Positions 38,622 through 52,604 of a stretch of 64,000 nucleotides of DNA are shown one piece after another (the stretch's first letter is position 1; each line of letters opens with the position of its first letter). This stretch comes from Chiloscyllium plagiosum (Eukaryota), in the NCBI RefSeq assembly GCF_004010195.1, contig NC_057718.1:44361341-44425340 (forward strand), in the 5' to 3' direction. Below the pieces are notes generated by a model. The model did no database searches and was not told the origin of the DNA. It was given only the letters and a program-made list of their open reading frames with translations. Position numbers and translations under genes: made by a program.

Positions 38622-39519
38622 TCTGTTTCCATGCTGTACATCTCTATGACTCTAAGTGGCCTAGCAAACCAGCCATTTATCGAATAAAACCTAACAGACA
38701 ACTAGGCACTGGCACATCGAATCAAGATATTTCTACAAAAGACATCCTGCGCCAAAGTTTGGAAATCTTCCTCAAACTAATTAAACACCACAGTGATACT
38801 GTCAGATTTATAGGTTTGAATATACAAGACTCCTCCTTCACCATTCCTGAGTAGGTCCTGGTGGGAGTCTCTGGGAACATCAAAATGGACTCTAGATCCA
38901 CAATATTTTACGGTATCAGATTATACAAGAGCAAGAAAACACCTTGCTGATTACATCCTGTTACTGTTCTCCAGGCGGTGAATGTTAAAAATTATTTGTA
39001 AGAAACACTGACAACAAAGAATTACTAAAATGTTAACGAGGAGGTAGATTATTTTTTAAAAAGTGTTTTTTAGGTATGGTTGTTGCTGACTGGGCCAGCA
39101 TTTATTGTCCATCCCTAATTCCTCCTTGATCTGTATTGCTTGATTTATTGTAGTCATATGTACATAAATACAATGAAAAGCTTTGTTTGCTAGCAGTACA
39201 GACAGATAGATCATTGTAAGGACATATAGAGCATGGGATGCTTAGACAATGAGGCATGCAGATTACACTGCATAGGAAGTGCACAAAGCAATCAACATTA
39301 ACAGATCAATGTTATTTGAAGTTATTTGTTAATCTAATAAGGGCATGGCAGAAATTGTTCTTGAACCTGTTGGTGTGTTAGTTCAAGCTTCTGTACCTTC
39401 AGCCTGATGGAACACATTAGCAGGGTGGGAGAGGTCTTTGATGACGCTGGCAGCCTTTCCTTGGCAATGAGAAGTGTAAGTGGAGTCCATGTCGTACTCC
39501 TCAGCAGAAATCTGGCAGG

Positions 39520-40050
39520 AGGAGTAAGACATGGGAAAATGCAAAGTTGTTCACATTGGCAAGAATAAAAATAATATTACTTAAACAGGAAATGACTGTG
39601 GTGCAGAGGGATTTAGGTATTCTACAGCACAGGTCACAGAACATTAGTTTGCAGAAACAGCACACCATTCAGAAGGCTTATGAAATAATATTTAGTACAA
39701 AAGGAAAGGAAGATAAAAAGATGCTATGCTTCTGTTATTCAGACTATTGGTGAGACTACGCCTCGAATACCATGTGCTATTTTGATCTCCTTATTTGGAA
39801 GCAGTTGAGAGGGGTACTAGATTAAGACCCACCAAGAGTGGATTATATTATTTTGAATAGACTTGTTTCCACTAGAGTTTAGATGTGTAGTGGGTGACTT
39901 GGCCAAAATATAAGTTCCTGAATTGTTTGATAAATTGAACATAAAAATGATGTTTTCTTTTGTGGTCTGTCCATTTTAAAATTCGGGTATCACCTTTTCA
40001 GAATACAAATTCAAAGAATTTATTATTCTCCCTGAGATTTGTTTTGAGGC
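39520..40050 (+). mobile_element. Decayed CR1 3' region
   Basis: VQRDLGIL and LVRLRLEY-like remnants. Confidence 0.6.
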
Positions 40051-41579
40051 TTTCTGACCAGCTACCAGTCTTTGTGGAGATGGAAAAGCTACCTTTACAC
40101 TTAGCAGACACACTGCATTTTATGCAAAAGCTTATTTGGTGATAGAATGCAGATATCAACAGTAATGCCATTTACTGCAGATCCTCCTTAATTGCCCTAG
40201 AGATATGATGAATGACCTTGAATTGTTGACCTCTGTTGTATAAGTGCCTACATGGTGAGATTGGATCGAGGGTTTATTAGGATTTTGTCCCAGTTGCAGT
40301 AAACGAAGGGTATATAGTTTCAAGCCAGGTCCGATGGAATGGGTATATATACACATACTTCATTTACTGTGAATTTGACTTCTGGGAGTTGTATGTTGGA
40401 CGTGTGCTTGTAGTTGTGTTTTTGAGGGGGAAAATACTATAATATCCATAATTCCAATCAAGCATAAGTTGTATAGTTTTCCTGGGGAACTAGCTCGAGG
40501 GGTCGGGGGAGAACTTTGCAGAGTCAGAGTCAATCGGTCAGACTGTGATAAGGAGTTGTTCAATAAGAGGCATGTATTAAGCTCTGGAGTGATGAGAAAA
40601 CATTTGATAACGTGCTAAGCAGCATTTATAAAGACTTTAAAGTTATGAAAATATCTTGGAATAAGTTATTCTTAATCGCAGGCCTGAGCATTGAGATACA
40701 ATCGATAGAAGAATAGTTTTTGTGAAGCTTAAGAGAAAAAAAAATGAATTGAAGCTGGAAAGATAGGATATCACTGGATGGAATCAAAGTCAGGAGCATA
40801 ATAGTTAAGAATGTGATATTTATAGGTCCAGCAGATGATTTGAAATTTAACACTTCAATGGGCTTGAAACAAACAGCAAAATCTCTCACAAATGAGCTGG
40901 CTGGATCCTGCTAGAGAGCAGTACTGGGTGGTCTTGGAATTGCAACAACAGTTGGAAACTGTATCAGATAATTGCTTCTGTATGGATCATTTTTACTGTT
41001 TAAAATCTTTGGATGTGTGTTATAAAAGAATAGTGTGGGTTTTTGTTTCTCCCTTGTCAATCAATTTCTGGTGTTAATAAACTTTTATCATTAAAACAAG
41101 CAAAACTGCCATCTTTGTTTATATTCTAGTACAAAACCACCTTGGTCCTAACCTTTCCCCTTGGCAGTGAAGCACCACTAACTGGGACATCTAAGTCCCA
41201 ACTGCCTGCACTCATAACGTGAGCTACAGTCTCCCAACTCCAAAGTGAAATTACTTGCTCACTTAACCACAGATAATTTGAAACCAAAGAACCTTCAGCT
41301 CGAACCATCACTATGATAGCATAACCTTCACTGAGCTATTCTTAATTTGATTTTAGGTAATGCATTCCACAATTTCTTCTTTGATCTAATAAAGTAAATA
41401 GGTTTCAGTCTTTCAGAATTTACAAATGCTTTATTTCCAAAGTTGTTCCCACCTTGCCAGCTGCTAACCTCTAAGTATTGTGACTCTGATCATTCAAGTG
41501 TAAGAGACCTCGGGATGTTTCATTTGTTTTATCCCATTTCCAGAGTTAAAGTTTAATTTCTAAAACTCTAATTAGAGTA

Positions 41580-42312
41580 GGATCATGAACTGCAACTTTG
41601 TAATTTGGAAAACTTACAGGTGATGGCACACCCATGTGCCTGCAACATGCGAGAAGTGTGGTTGAAGGAGCTTTACAGAATTACTGCAATGCATCATGTT
41701 GATACACGCTTATGCACCACTGGTGGAGGGAGTGAATAATTAAACTACTCAATGTGAAGCTAATCAAACAGGCATTGCTGTGATAATTTGCAATGTGCTG
41801 GGCCTCTTGCTGAGATATTTATATCATCGATAGTCACAGAAGACTGGAGCTTGACAGTGGTGCCACTGTTTAAGAAGGCCGGTAAAGACAAGCCAGGGAA
41901 CAATAGACCGGTGAGCCTGACCTCAGTGGTGGGCAAGTTGTTAGAGGGAACCTGAGGGATAGGATGTACGTGTATTTGGAAAGGCAAGGACTGATTAGGG
42001 ATAGTCAACATGGCTTTGTGCGTGGGAACTCATGTCTCACAAACTTGATTGCGTTTTTGAATAAGTAACGAAGAAGATTGATGAGGGCAGTGTGGTGGAT
42101 CATGAACTGCAACTTCGTAATTTGGAAAACTTACAGGTGATGGCACACCCATGTGCCTGCAACATGCGAGAAGTGTGGTTGAAGGAGCTTTACAGAATTA
42201 CTGCAATGCATCATGTTGATACACGCTTATGCACCACTGGTGGAGGGAGTGAATAATTAAACTACTCAATGTGAAGCTAATCAAACAGGCATTGCTGTGA
42301 TAATTTGCAATG
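41580..42312. repeat. 216-bp direct duplication (41580-41795 and 42097-42312)
   Basis: Identical by eye except aactttg / aacttcg. Confidence 0.95.
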
Positions 42313-42640
42313 AATCTAACACCTTACTTAATATTCAATGGCATTACCAAGTAGAGCAGTAGATGTGATCGATATGGACTTCAGTAAGGTGTTTGACAAG
42401 GTTCCCCATGGGAGACTAATTAGCAAGGTTAGATCTCATGGAGTACAGGGAGAACTAGCCATTTAGAACAGAACTGGCTCAAAGGTAGAAGACAGAGGGT
42501 GGTGGTGGAGGGTTGTTTTTCAGACTGGAGGCCTGTGACCAGTGGAGTGCCACAAGAATTGGTGCTGGGTCCTCTACCTTTTGTCATTTACATAAATGAT
42601 TTGGATGTGAGCATAAGAGGTATCGCTATGACTCTATGAC
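41810..42640 (+). mobile_element. CR1 RT fragment split by the duplicated block
   Basis: VVPLFKKAGKDKPGNNRPVSLTSVVGK...KKIDEGSVVD, resuming at about 42352 with AVDVIDMDFSKVFDKVPHG...SGVPQ. Confidence 0.85.
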
Positions 42641-43429
42641 CAAGGATGAATCCTGCATCAACAACATCGTAGGGGTTAGCAGACTAGAAATTTTCACTAA
42701 CCATGGAAATTCTGTGGTTACAACAACAGGCTACAGAATGGATATTCTTGTGTAAGTAACTAATTTCATTACTCCCCTAAATGTCTACATCATATGGAAT
42801 AATGCCCAATTCCTGTTCGAGTCCTAAGTAAGAAGCTTGACACTAAGTAAAAAGCAGGCCAATTGACTAGCACTCCAACTGCCACCAGTTCTTTCTCAAA
42901 AATTAAAGTCTTATCTATGGATTTCACTTCAAAAGGGCACAATACATAGTTCACGTCCATAGGCAGTTTTATTGATTGTTGAAGTAAAAAAACTGTTTAA
43001 TTACCAAGCATTTTATTGAATAAATCACAATTAATACTTCATACACTGAACAAAACTTAAGATAAGGAAGACACATTGGAGACATTAATAGGGAAGATAA
43101 CATTATCCTAACAGAGAAGATGAAGAGACGAGTGAGAAAGGTTTGAACACCAGCATAGTTGACAAGACCCACATTCATACCATTTTTCAGTACTTTATTC
43201 CCACCCATTCCAGAAACACAATTAGGTGCCACATGTTCTCATCTGGCATACTATCAATCTTCAATGCATAACTAACCACCATTTCCAGCAGAACCAAAAC
43301 AATGACAGAAAATAGGTCAGCTCCGTTGAGAAAACACCATGTCAACAGCAGAGCTTGCGTCTGTGTGGTGGTGGTGGGGGGTGTTGCAGGAAACGGGGGA
43401 TACAATCAAAATGAAGGTGTTCATGGTTT

Positions 43430-43950
43430 GAACTTTGTTGACTCATTGTTGTACCCTGAAAGCTAATAAATGCCTAAACCAAAAATGACCAAGACCTCGT
43501 GCGCTGAAGTGTTTCAGAAAGTCAAGGTTCAGCACCTCATATTCCATTTGGATACTTTATGGACTTCAGGACTCAATCAACATTGAGTTCCACAACTTCA
43601 GACCATGAACTCATTTCTTCATTTTTATACTCCTTCTCCAATCCTCTCCTCGTGTCCAATATACAAGGGTTTGTTTTCAGTAGTTTTTCTAGTATTGACT
43701 CCTGGCAATTAACACCTACTCTGCTGCTTTGTCACTCCTCTGTACCACTAGCATTCCCTATACCTTTGGCTCTTGGCACCTTCACCCTTTGTTCCACTTG
43801 CTCTTCCTCCCACTTTGTCAACAGCAAAAACAAAACCATTATTTTCTAGTTCCCTTTCGTTCTAAAGCATTATATTGTACAAAGCATTAACTCTTTCTCC
43901 TCAGATTATGCCTGGTTTGCTGAGTTTCTCCAACATTCTGTTCTTATTGT
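43430..43950 (+). mobile_element. Decayed Penelope-like 3' region / pLTR
   Basis: 3' end matches the pLTR-like motif at 35120-35190. Confidence 0.45.
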
Positions 43951-46723
43951 TATTGAGTTATTGCCTTTTGGAAAAATGAAATGAATTAAAATTATAGTAG
44001 GTGGATCTCATTAGAACTGGAATTAGGGAGCCTCAGCCATTACCACATTCCCCTGGAGCTCAGATCATTGCCCTGAAAGGCTGCACAAAGATTTCCAAAC
44101 ATCCCCCCTTCCAATAAGATGTATCAATAGAATGTTTATGCAGTACCTGACTGGGACATTGCTAGAAGTGGCTTGACAGACTAGGATTTTCTCTGCAATT
44201 TTTTAATGGATTTGCATCTTGAATTACATTCACACTGCTACAATGTCAGTCAACCTGTGACTCCTTGATGTGTGCAAATTAGCTGCCCTGTTTCATAAAC
44301 TGCAAGAGTGGCTAATGGTCATTGAAAAATCAAAATAGAGAAATAGTTTTCTTTTCCCTGAGAACATTCTCATTTACATTGTAGAAATTTTGACACAGGA
44401 AATTTTAGGGACCATAAGTGAATACGATATCAGGAAGAGTTTCAGAAGTGCGCGCACATTGGCAATAATGAATTAAAATCCACATACATTATTGTTTAAC
44501 AAGTTATTTTTAATTGATCATTAGAATCTGTTACAGTGAAACAAGATATGGAGTGCAATAGCTACAAAATTCTGTAGTTACACAATCTCATGTGAACGAA
44601 GTTCTTCGGTGCAGAGCTGTGCAAACTGCTTTTGAAAATGTTGATTAATCAATCATTGGTGTCATAGAACAATTCATAGGCAGACACACCAAAACATTCT
44701 TAGTTCACATCTGAAGTACTAAATTGCACCGCAGGAACTTTTGGTTACCAGCAATTATTTCTTATGGTATTTTCTAACAGAGATGCCAAACCCACTTGAG
44801 AAATGGAATTCCCACTTTGGTTGTGATATTAGAAAGTTAGCAGGATGATGATAAAACTTGGAAGTGAGAACACTCAAAGAGGCAGAACTGCCCAAATAGT
44901 TTTTAAGTATGTAAAAATCATTGTCTATGCAGACTTTGATAAGGTAAAACTGATCAGCTTCCTTGCTGAGACTTTGGCTGCTTACTCTGGAATAGCAGAG
45001 AAGCAGAACTCTGCCAAAAGGCTCATTTTGCCGTACGTACACAAACAGTCTAGCCCGTTCAGGTGCAGTACAAAATGTTTCAGTTTTACATGCAATGGAT
45101 TGTTATTATCTGTTGTCCTGATCTCAACCCATCTCCAAGCAAACAAAAAAAAGGATTTATTTACATGAAACAGTAATTTTGGATATTTTGTCACATCAGT
45201 GTTTTCTAATCAATGTGTTCAGAGCACTTCTGGAGCAGGTGGAACTTGACTCCTAAGTCTTCCACTTCAAAAGGTAGGGACACTATCACTGCACCACAAG
45301 AATCGCCATTTTTTGAAATGATCAAACAGGATAAAATGGTATCATGAGTGGATGGTTAATTGGCTAGTATTGTGTTTTGAGTTCAAGTAACTGGTAGGGG
45401 TATTTGATGAAATGGTTCAAATTTTATCCTCTACTTTTCAAATGTATTGGGCTCTCTGATCATACCAACTAAATAATTGTTTAGTCTCAACTAAATACCA
45501 GGGACCAACACAAAGCTTGTAGTAAGCAGGGCTATTAAGTATCTATCAAGTTTGACTTAAGTGTCTAAATTTTGAAAGGTATATTAACCATTTTTTTTTT
45601 AAAAAAGTTATTCCATCGTTTGTCTTGTGCAAATGGTATGCTGGACATTTTTTCATGCACTGTACAGATTGCACAGCAATCATCCTCCTAAGAAGAAAGA
45701 TGAGGTTTCATTTGAATGATGGAAATGAGAAGTTCCCATTTGGACTTGTACCAAAAACACCTTCATACTAACCATATTGATTGGGAAAGTCTAAGTACAA
45801 GTAATGTCTCTACAAATGAGTTATTTTCTCCCCATTGTTAGGTTAGTTACAGTTGCTGATGCTGTCAAACCATATATTATTTGGTTAAGATCTCCAGTTG
45901 GTTTTATTCTATACTCTCAGTACAATGTTGTATTTAAGAAAATTGTCTACAGCTATAACTCATCCAAAATGCCTTCATATAAATTCCACTGGTGTTATTG
46001 CTAATTCAGTCAGCATGAGACAGTATGCTGCAGGCAAATAAAAAATAAGCTCTATGATGAGTTAATAAGTCTGTACCACTCATTCTATAATTAAATATAG
46101 GTCATTCAATAAAAGCAATGCTGCATTAAATATTTCACTTAAGTGATCTTTTTGCTATGCAAGATAACTCATTCACGTTTGTAGCATTTTTGACTTGGAA
46201 ATCTTTTAGGTAATGTATTCTATAGATAGTTGCTTTTTTTTGCTTCAATATCTCTCGATCAAGTCTTAAGTTTTTGCCCATGTGTATTTGAATAAATGCA
46301 TTTTGAAGCCCTCCAGATCAAACAAACAATGAATAAAAACCATTAGAATGGGATTTTATAACTTCAATATACCTACAAGACTGAAAATTTGCTGCACAAA
46401 TAGTATATAAAAATTAGTGCGTATTACAACAGAAGCCAGATAATTGAGGCATTGACAAATAAAAATAAATTTCAACAGGCTCAGTTATTAGGGAGCAGAC
46501 ACCTTGTGTCAGTTTTCATAACAATGCTTATGCTGGTGCTTAGTGTATACTAAAATGCTGTAATGCAACAAAATAAAAATATTAAAAAACAATTAATACT
46601 GACAAAAAAATTGTAGTAATTCTTTGAACTGGAAATAGAAGTTAGTGTAACAAATTATTTGCATGTGAATACTGTAGCATTATATGGTTTCTATCAATTA
46701 AAATCCAAGCTCTTTGTAGTGAC

Positions 46724-47303
46724 TCACAAACTGTGGTCCTGACAGGAAACTTCAACCTTCTTGTGGCGAGGAGAAGTGGCTCCTTTTGTTGGTGATTGTG
46801 AGGGTGCACCATGTGGCTCATTGCCCATTTCAGGACCATTTGGGCAGGATGCCAACGGCTGAGCTACAACAGTCTTTTTCCTGCTGAGAAACCCTCCTTC
46901 AAAAGTATTTTTCTTCTTGTTTTCAATTTTGTCAGTGTCTTCATCCTGCCCCTTTTTCTTGAAGTCAGCCAGACTCTCACTTGCTTTCAGAATCTCTGGC
47001 GCCCCATCCAGACTTCTTGCTCGTGTGTCAGTCACCTGACTCTTCCTGTCATTAGTGCTACATTCAGTGGCTCCAAATTTCTTTCCTTTTAGCTCACCTT
47101 CTGTCTGTATTGAAGAATCACACTCAGAAGCAATGCCTCCTTTATCCAATACGTTTTTACTGAATGTAAATGGCTGGAAGTCTCGATAACTGTGAAAGCT
47201 TTCTGTACGCCTTGCTCTTGCAAGCAGTGGGCTCTCCCTATATGGTCTAACAGAACCATATGTTGCAGTTTCATGAAGAGTATCAGTAGTTTGAAGCTGA
47301 AGA
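46724..47303 (-). CDS. KCTD3: KCTD3 terminal coding exon
   Basis: ctcag|T CTT CAG CTT CAA... LQLQTTDTLHETATYGSVRPYRESPLLARARRTESFHSYRDFQ...SPRHKKVEVSCQDHSL*. This tail and the USH2A synteny favour KCTD3 over its paralog SHKBP1. Confidence 0.95.
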
Positions 47304-47519
47304 CTGAGGAAGGATACAAGAAAATCAGATTTTTACTGAGTAAAATTAAAATGGTGAGTGTTAAAAACATTACCAATAAAATGTCAATTAAAATCAGTTT
47401 TTTGTTATTAGGTTGCTGTCAATTTTTACTCAATTACAGAATGTCCATGGCTCAGTGCATAGCAGACTTCTTCTGAATCTAGAAGCTCTGGGTTCAAGTT
47501 TCATTCTAGGATATGTTGG

Positions 47520-48875
47520 CCATGGAAGATAACAGATTTTACTGCCTTCAACAACAAGTTTTCAGAATGGCATGTTGCTTCCCTGGTGCCAGGACCAAAG
47601 ATATCTCTGACAGGGTAGAGAATATTCTCAAAAGGGGAGCAGGACCAGCAGGAGGTCATTGTACACATTGGAACTAACAACATAGGAAGGAGAAAGGACG
47701 AGGCTCTGAGGAAAGGCGATGGGAAATTAGACAGGAATTTAAAAAGTAGGTCATCCAGAGTAGTAATAATGGGATTACTCCCCGCACCACTAGCTAGTGA
47801 GAGTAGGAATAGAATAGGGCAGATGAATGCATGGCTGAGGAGTTAGTATAGGGGAGATGGATTCACAGTTCTGGATCATCGGAATGACCTCTGAGGTAGA
47901 CGTGACCGGCATGTGAACGACGGATTGCATTGGAACCGGACCAGGACCACTCTATCGGCAGGGTGATAAGCTAGAACACCTCGGCAGGATTGCGACGTTA
48001 GAGGTGGGTGTGTGCACAGGTGTGGGTGGGGGGGGGGNNNNNNNNNNNNNNNNNNNNNNNAGAGTGAGCAAGGAGATCAGTCTAAGACTGGTACAGCTGG
48101 GAAAGGGAGCAAATCAAACAAACATTCAGGGTTGGCAGAAACAAAGCAGAGAACAAGGTAGGATTGATAAATTAAGCTGTATTTATTTCAACGGAAGAGG
48201 CCTAACAGGGAAGGCAGATGAACTCAGGAAATGGTTGGGAACATGGGTCTGGGATACAGAAACATGCCTCAGGGATGGACAGGACCGGTGGCTTAATATT
48301 CCGGGGGTATGGATGCTAGAAGAACAATAAAAAGGGGGCAAGAGACGAGGGGGAGTGGCATTTTTCATTAGGGATAAATTACCCTGTCCTAAGGGAGGAT
48401 ATTCCTGGCAGTACATCCAGGGATGTTATTTGGGTGCAACTGAAAAATAAGAAAGGGACGGTCACCTTATTGAAATTGTACTGTAGTCTCCCCAATAGTC
48501 AGTAGGAAATTGAGAAGCAATTTTGGAAGAAAATCTCCGTTATCTGTAAGAATAGTAGGGTAGTAACGGTAGGGGATTTTAACTTTCCAAACATAGGCTG
48601 GCACTGCCACTGTATTAAAGATTGGGATGGAGAGTAATTTGTTAAGTGTGTACAAGAAAATTTTCTGATTCAATACAGGAGTAGGAGCAAATCTTGACCC
48701 ATCCTTGGGAAATAAGGTAGGGCAAGTGATGAAGGTATCAGTGAGAAAGCACTTTTGGGCCAGGGATCATAACTCTATTAGTTTCAAAATAGTGATGGAA
48801 AAGGACAGACCAGATCTAAAAGTTAAAATTATGAATTGGAGGAAGGTCAATTTTGACAGTATTAGGCAAGAACTC
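47520..48875 (+). mobile_element. CR1 internal fragment (ORF1 esterase end plus ORF2 endonuclease) in the last KCTD3 intron
   Basis: VIVHIGTNNIG; CIYFNGRGLTGKADEL...TETCL; RDHNSISFKIVMEKD...NWRKVNFDSIRQEL. Confidence 0.85.
48038..48060. other. Assembly gap (23 N)
   Basis: Run of N after a poly-G stretch. Confidence 1.
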
Positions 48876-49104
48876 ATTTTAAACAGAAAGCAGGGACCCA
48901 CACCAATATGAGAGGGAAATGTCCAAATAAAAATACGTTTCACAATTAATCAAAAAACCTGTAATAAATGCTGTGACAGCACTTTTTACATGATAAAAAA
49001 AAATCTTCAAAAAGAATCAAGAAAAGCTGCATCTACACTAACTGCTGGGACTTCTCTTGCTGTTAAAAGATAGCAAATAAAATAGTCTGTTTGATAACCA
49101 TTAC

Positions 49105-49243
49105 CTTGAGTTTGACTCCCGCAGTTTAGTATGCTGTACTAATGAGGCAGCTGGACTGATGTTGGGAGTAGCACAGCGGGATGTGCTCAGATCACACTGA
49201 TCCAGCAACTTCAGCAGCTCTTCTTCCGTGGGGCCTCCAACAT
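49105..49243 (-). CDS. KCTD3: KCTD3 penultimate exon
   Basis: 139 nt. [45 protein letters not shown]. Confidence 0.95.
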
Positions 49244-50264
49244 CTGAAAGAAATCAATTATGTTGTGAACCACATATACCCTTTCACCAGCAGTGGATTA
49301 AATTAGTTATTTGTTGTTATGAATATGGCACCGAAATAGACAATTTCACAACTGCATGTCCTGCCTCACTTTTAGCTCGAGTTCAAACTTTAATGCGATA
49401 CTATTATTTGTATTTACTTCAGCTATGATTATAGAGATGTAGATGTATCGCGAACAGCGGAAAGATTTTAAGATCACTGCACTTACATAACGATTATATA
49501 CAGGGCAATGAACTATAGTAAAGACTGCCATTAAAATTAATCCAGCAATACCCATAACAGATTGACACTTGTGTACCCAAGTACATACATGTTTGTACAT
49601 AATGCCAAATAACACTAAATAGTCTATAGTGCATTTGTATCATTTTCCACATTAAAATGCTATAATTACCAATTGTTGCCAAATGGTAGTATAATCCAGT
49701 TCAGATTTTTCGAAACCATAAAGTATCCAAAGTCCGAGCTTGTCACTTACAATTCTTCTAGAACCACAATTGCATTACATCTTGTAATTCCTTATGGAGA
49801 TCCATTTGTCCTAATAGTGTCTCACTGGACAATATCTAATACATGAAATGGAACTCAGTAATAGCTATTTTTTTTTAAATCAAAAACTGAACTTCCCCAA
49901 ACGATCTGACATTCCCTATTTAATTTTGGCTGCCAGAGCAAGTAGCTTGAGTTAGAAAATGTCTTGATTCACTGGACCAGCCTTGGTGTAAAGTGTCATG
50001 GTACACACAATGTTTGCTCCAGGTTCAAGGGGAAGGAGCTGTTTGTGTGCACATGTGCAAGGGGGAGTCAGAGCATCACCAGCACCTGAGACAGACAAGT
50101 ATTGGGCGGGGGCTGATTAGATACCTAGCTCAGTACTATGGGACTTTGTTTCAGTGCTGCCAACGTTAGAAGATTTTAGGCTGTCCAGCCATCACACTTC
50201 ACATCCTCTCAATACTCTCCCAACTACCTCACATTTCCCCTTATACCAATACCAATTCAAGTAT

Positions 50265-50468
50265 GAGGTTGGTTTAGCTCAGTTTGCTTGCGAAGCAGTG
50301 TGATGCCAATGGCGTGGATTCAATTCCCGCACCAGATGGTGTTATCATGAAGGACTGCCTTTCTCAGCCTCTCCCCTTATGTGAGGTATGGTGGCCCTCC
50401 GATTAAATCATCAATCGTCTATCTCTAATAAGACAACAGCCCTACGGTCTGATAAGATAATAGCCACA
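50265..50468 (+). mobile_element. tRNA-derived SINE of a second family
   Basis: TTAGCTCAGTT A-box-like and GGATTCAATTCCC B-box-like motifs, followed by a non-tRNA body. Confidence 0.6.
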
Positions 50469-51542
50469 CAATACCAATTCAAATCCTATTGCACTCTCCA
50501 GGGCATCTCAGCCTCGCATATGCTCCCCATTGCTCCTCACACCTACACCCCATAGCCACGGCAGGAAAAACTGGAAGTGCGAGGAATCCTTTAGTTAAGC
50601 TCTGTCCACTATTTCTAAATTACACTTGAGTTGTTCTAATTGCCCTAAACTCTAGTGCTTTGAATATAGTAGTTAAATCATTGCACAGAACTGCATCATT
50701 CATCCAATACATGTCAATCGTTCAGATAATGACCTAGACCCAGCATGCATTGATGTTTGTCAATAAATCTTCAAAGGTTGTTAGAATATCAGCTATGTCA
50801 CTGGATATCAGCTAATCACCCTAATATTGAAGAAATATTTGCTCTTTTTTGTAGAACATCCCTGGAGCTTGCTGGTAGGTAAAAACTGCAAAGTTTGACA
50901 AAAAAATCACATTTGTAGAAATTTGATGTTTAAAAATAAAATTATTTAGACTGAGCAACATCAGAATTTCTTTGTAATTTCAGATACCTTAACACCTTAG
51001 TTCCTGAAGTTAAATATTGACTAACAGAAAAGAATTTAATATCCAGATTACAAACTGAATACAATAAGCCATAAAACATAAGACATGGGAGCTGAAATAG
51101 GCCATTCAGGACTACTCTGCCGTTCAGTCATGGCCGATATGTTTCTTAACCCTGCTTTCTTCCTGTAACTTTGAACCAGAATTTACTTATCTCTGTATCA
51201 AATACACTCAATGAGTTGGCCTCCACAGTCATCTGTGAAGAACACAAGTACATTACAACTTGTTATTTTAACATGAGCTATCCACTACATTTTTCAGAGT
51301 GTTTAAACAGGTTGTTAAATATACAGCTATTTCAAAATACACTCAATTTTTCATCTTTCATTTAAAGGTATCTGTACAAGCAATACAAGAAATTATGGTT
51401 TTTGACGTTAATTATAAAATTTAACCTTAGAAAGAGCCCTGATCTCACCAGGCACCATTAGTAAAACATATTAAAAGAAAGATAATGCATCTCTAAACTG
51501 CAATGATTCTGTTCAGAGTTGCAACAGACTTTTTAAACTCAC

Positions 51543-51727
51543 CCTTCTCTTCCTTTTTGTTTACCATGTCCATAGCAGTCGTCAAGTCCCACATCTGAAT
51601 GCTTCCATTTCCATGGCCTGTGAAGAGATACCTCCTTGGTCGAGAACCCATTCGACTCGAACCTTCACATTCCCTCACAGTAAATGCAGTTATTGTCATG
51701 CCATCTACTGCCTGGATCTCACAAATC
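51543..51727 (-). CDS. KCTD3: KCTD3 exon
   Basis: 185 nt, after a 101-nt intron. [61 protein letters not shown]. Confidence 0.96.
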
Positions 51728-51828
51728 CTGGAATCAAAAATACCAAACAAGCAGAAAGTATAATATAATTAGAAGTTAACTATAATCATTCCCAATGATA
51801 AATGAAAACAAAAGGGTGAATATTTTAC

Positions 51829-51925
51829 CTTTTCCCTGTAGAGGAGAAGCGAACAAACAACTTGTTAGTAACTGGAACAACTTTCTGGATGAAAACCTGT
51901 TGGTCATCTCTCTCCCCAAACGGTC
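51829..51925 (-). CDS. KCTD3: KCTD3 exon
   Basis: atag|GA CCG TTT...AAA AG|gtaaa, 97 nt. [31 protein letters not shown]. Confidence 0.95.
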
Positions 51926-51974
51926 CTATTAAAATGCACAAAAATAAATGAAAAACTCAGCGTTATAAGTGAAC

Positions 51975-52430
51975 AGAATCACTGAAATATTATAGCATAG
52001 ACCTAGGCCATTCAACCCACTGTGTCTGTACCAGCCATCCAACTAAGCACCAGGACTTAGTACTATTGTCCTGCCTTTTCTCAGTCTTGCATAATTGATT
52101 AGAAAAATAATCATCCAAAGTCCTCTTCAATTCCTCAATTGAACCTGCCTCTGCCAAACATCCAGGCAGTGCATTCCAGTCCCGAACCACGTGTGAAAAG
52201 GTTCTCTCATATTACATCCGCTTATTTTTTAATTCACTTTAGATCTGAGCACTCATGTTCTTAATACTTATGAGGGCACAGTTTCTTCCTATTTACTCTC
52301 TCTAGTCCGGTAATGATTTTGAAAACTTCTCAGATCACTTGGCTTCTTCTCTCCAAGGATAAGAGTCCAACATCTATGATTCTACGATCTCGAATCTATC
52401 TTCATAACTGATGTCTCTTGAAATCATTCT
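51975..52430 (-). mobile_element. Decayed CR1 3' end
   Basis: VRDWNALPGCLAEAGSIEELKRTLDDY (CR1 ORF2 C-terminus). Confidence 0.7.
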
Positions 52431-52604
52431 TGCACACCATAATAGTTCCTAGAGCCCAAAATATATCTAATTATCATTACGCAGATGATTTTGGATACAC
52501 TTTGCTACTTTTAACTTTCGTCACAAGTATGCTATTGGATTCTGTATGGAAGTCCATATACACATTCTGTCACCACTCCAGAAGCCTCCAATAAATTAAG
52601 CACA

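Noticed and set aside
37992..38854. Long ORFs of 177-269 aa in the ORF track
   Set aside because: Artefacts of translating through the 500-N gap.
40150..41150. Possible solo LTR or LTR relic
   Set aside because: No paired LTR, PBS or protein motif that I could confirm.
45903..45908. Minus-strand AATAAA as the KCTD3 poly(A) signal (another at 45156-45161)
   Set aside because: Several candidates in AT-rich DNA; cannot choose without transcript data.
47880..48037. Unusually divergent, CpG-rich stretch inside a CR1
   Set aside because: Adjacent to a gap and poly-G; probably low-quality contig end.
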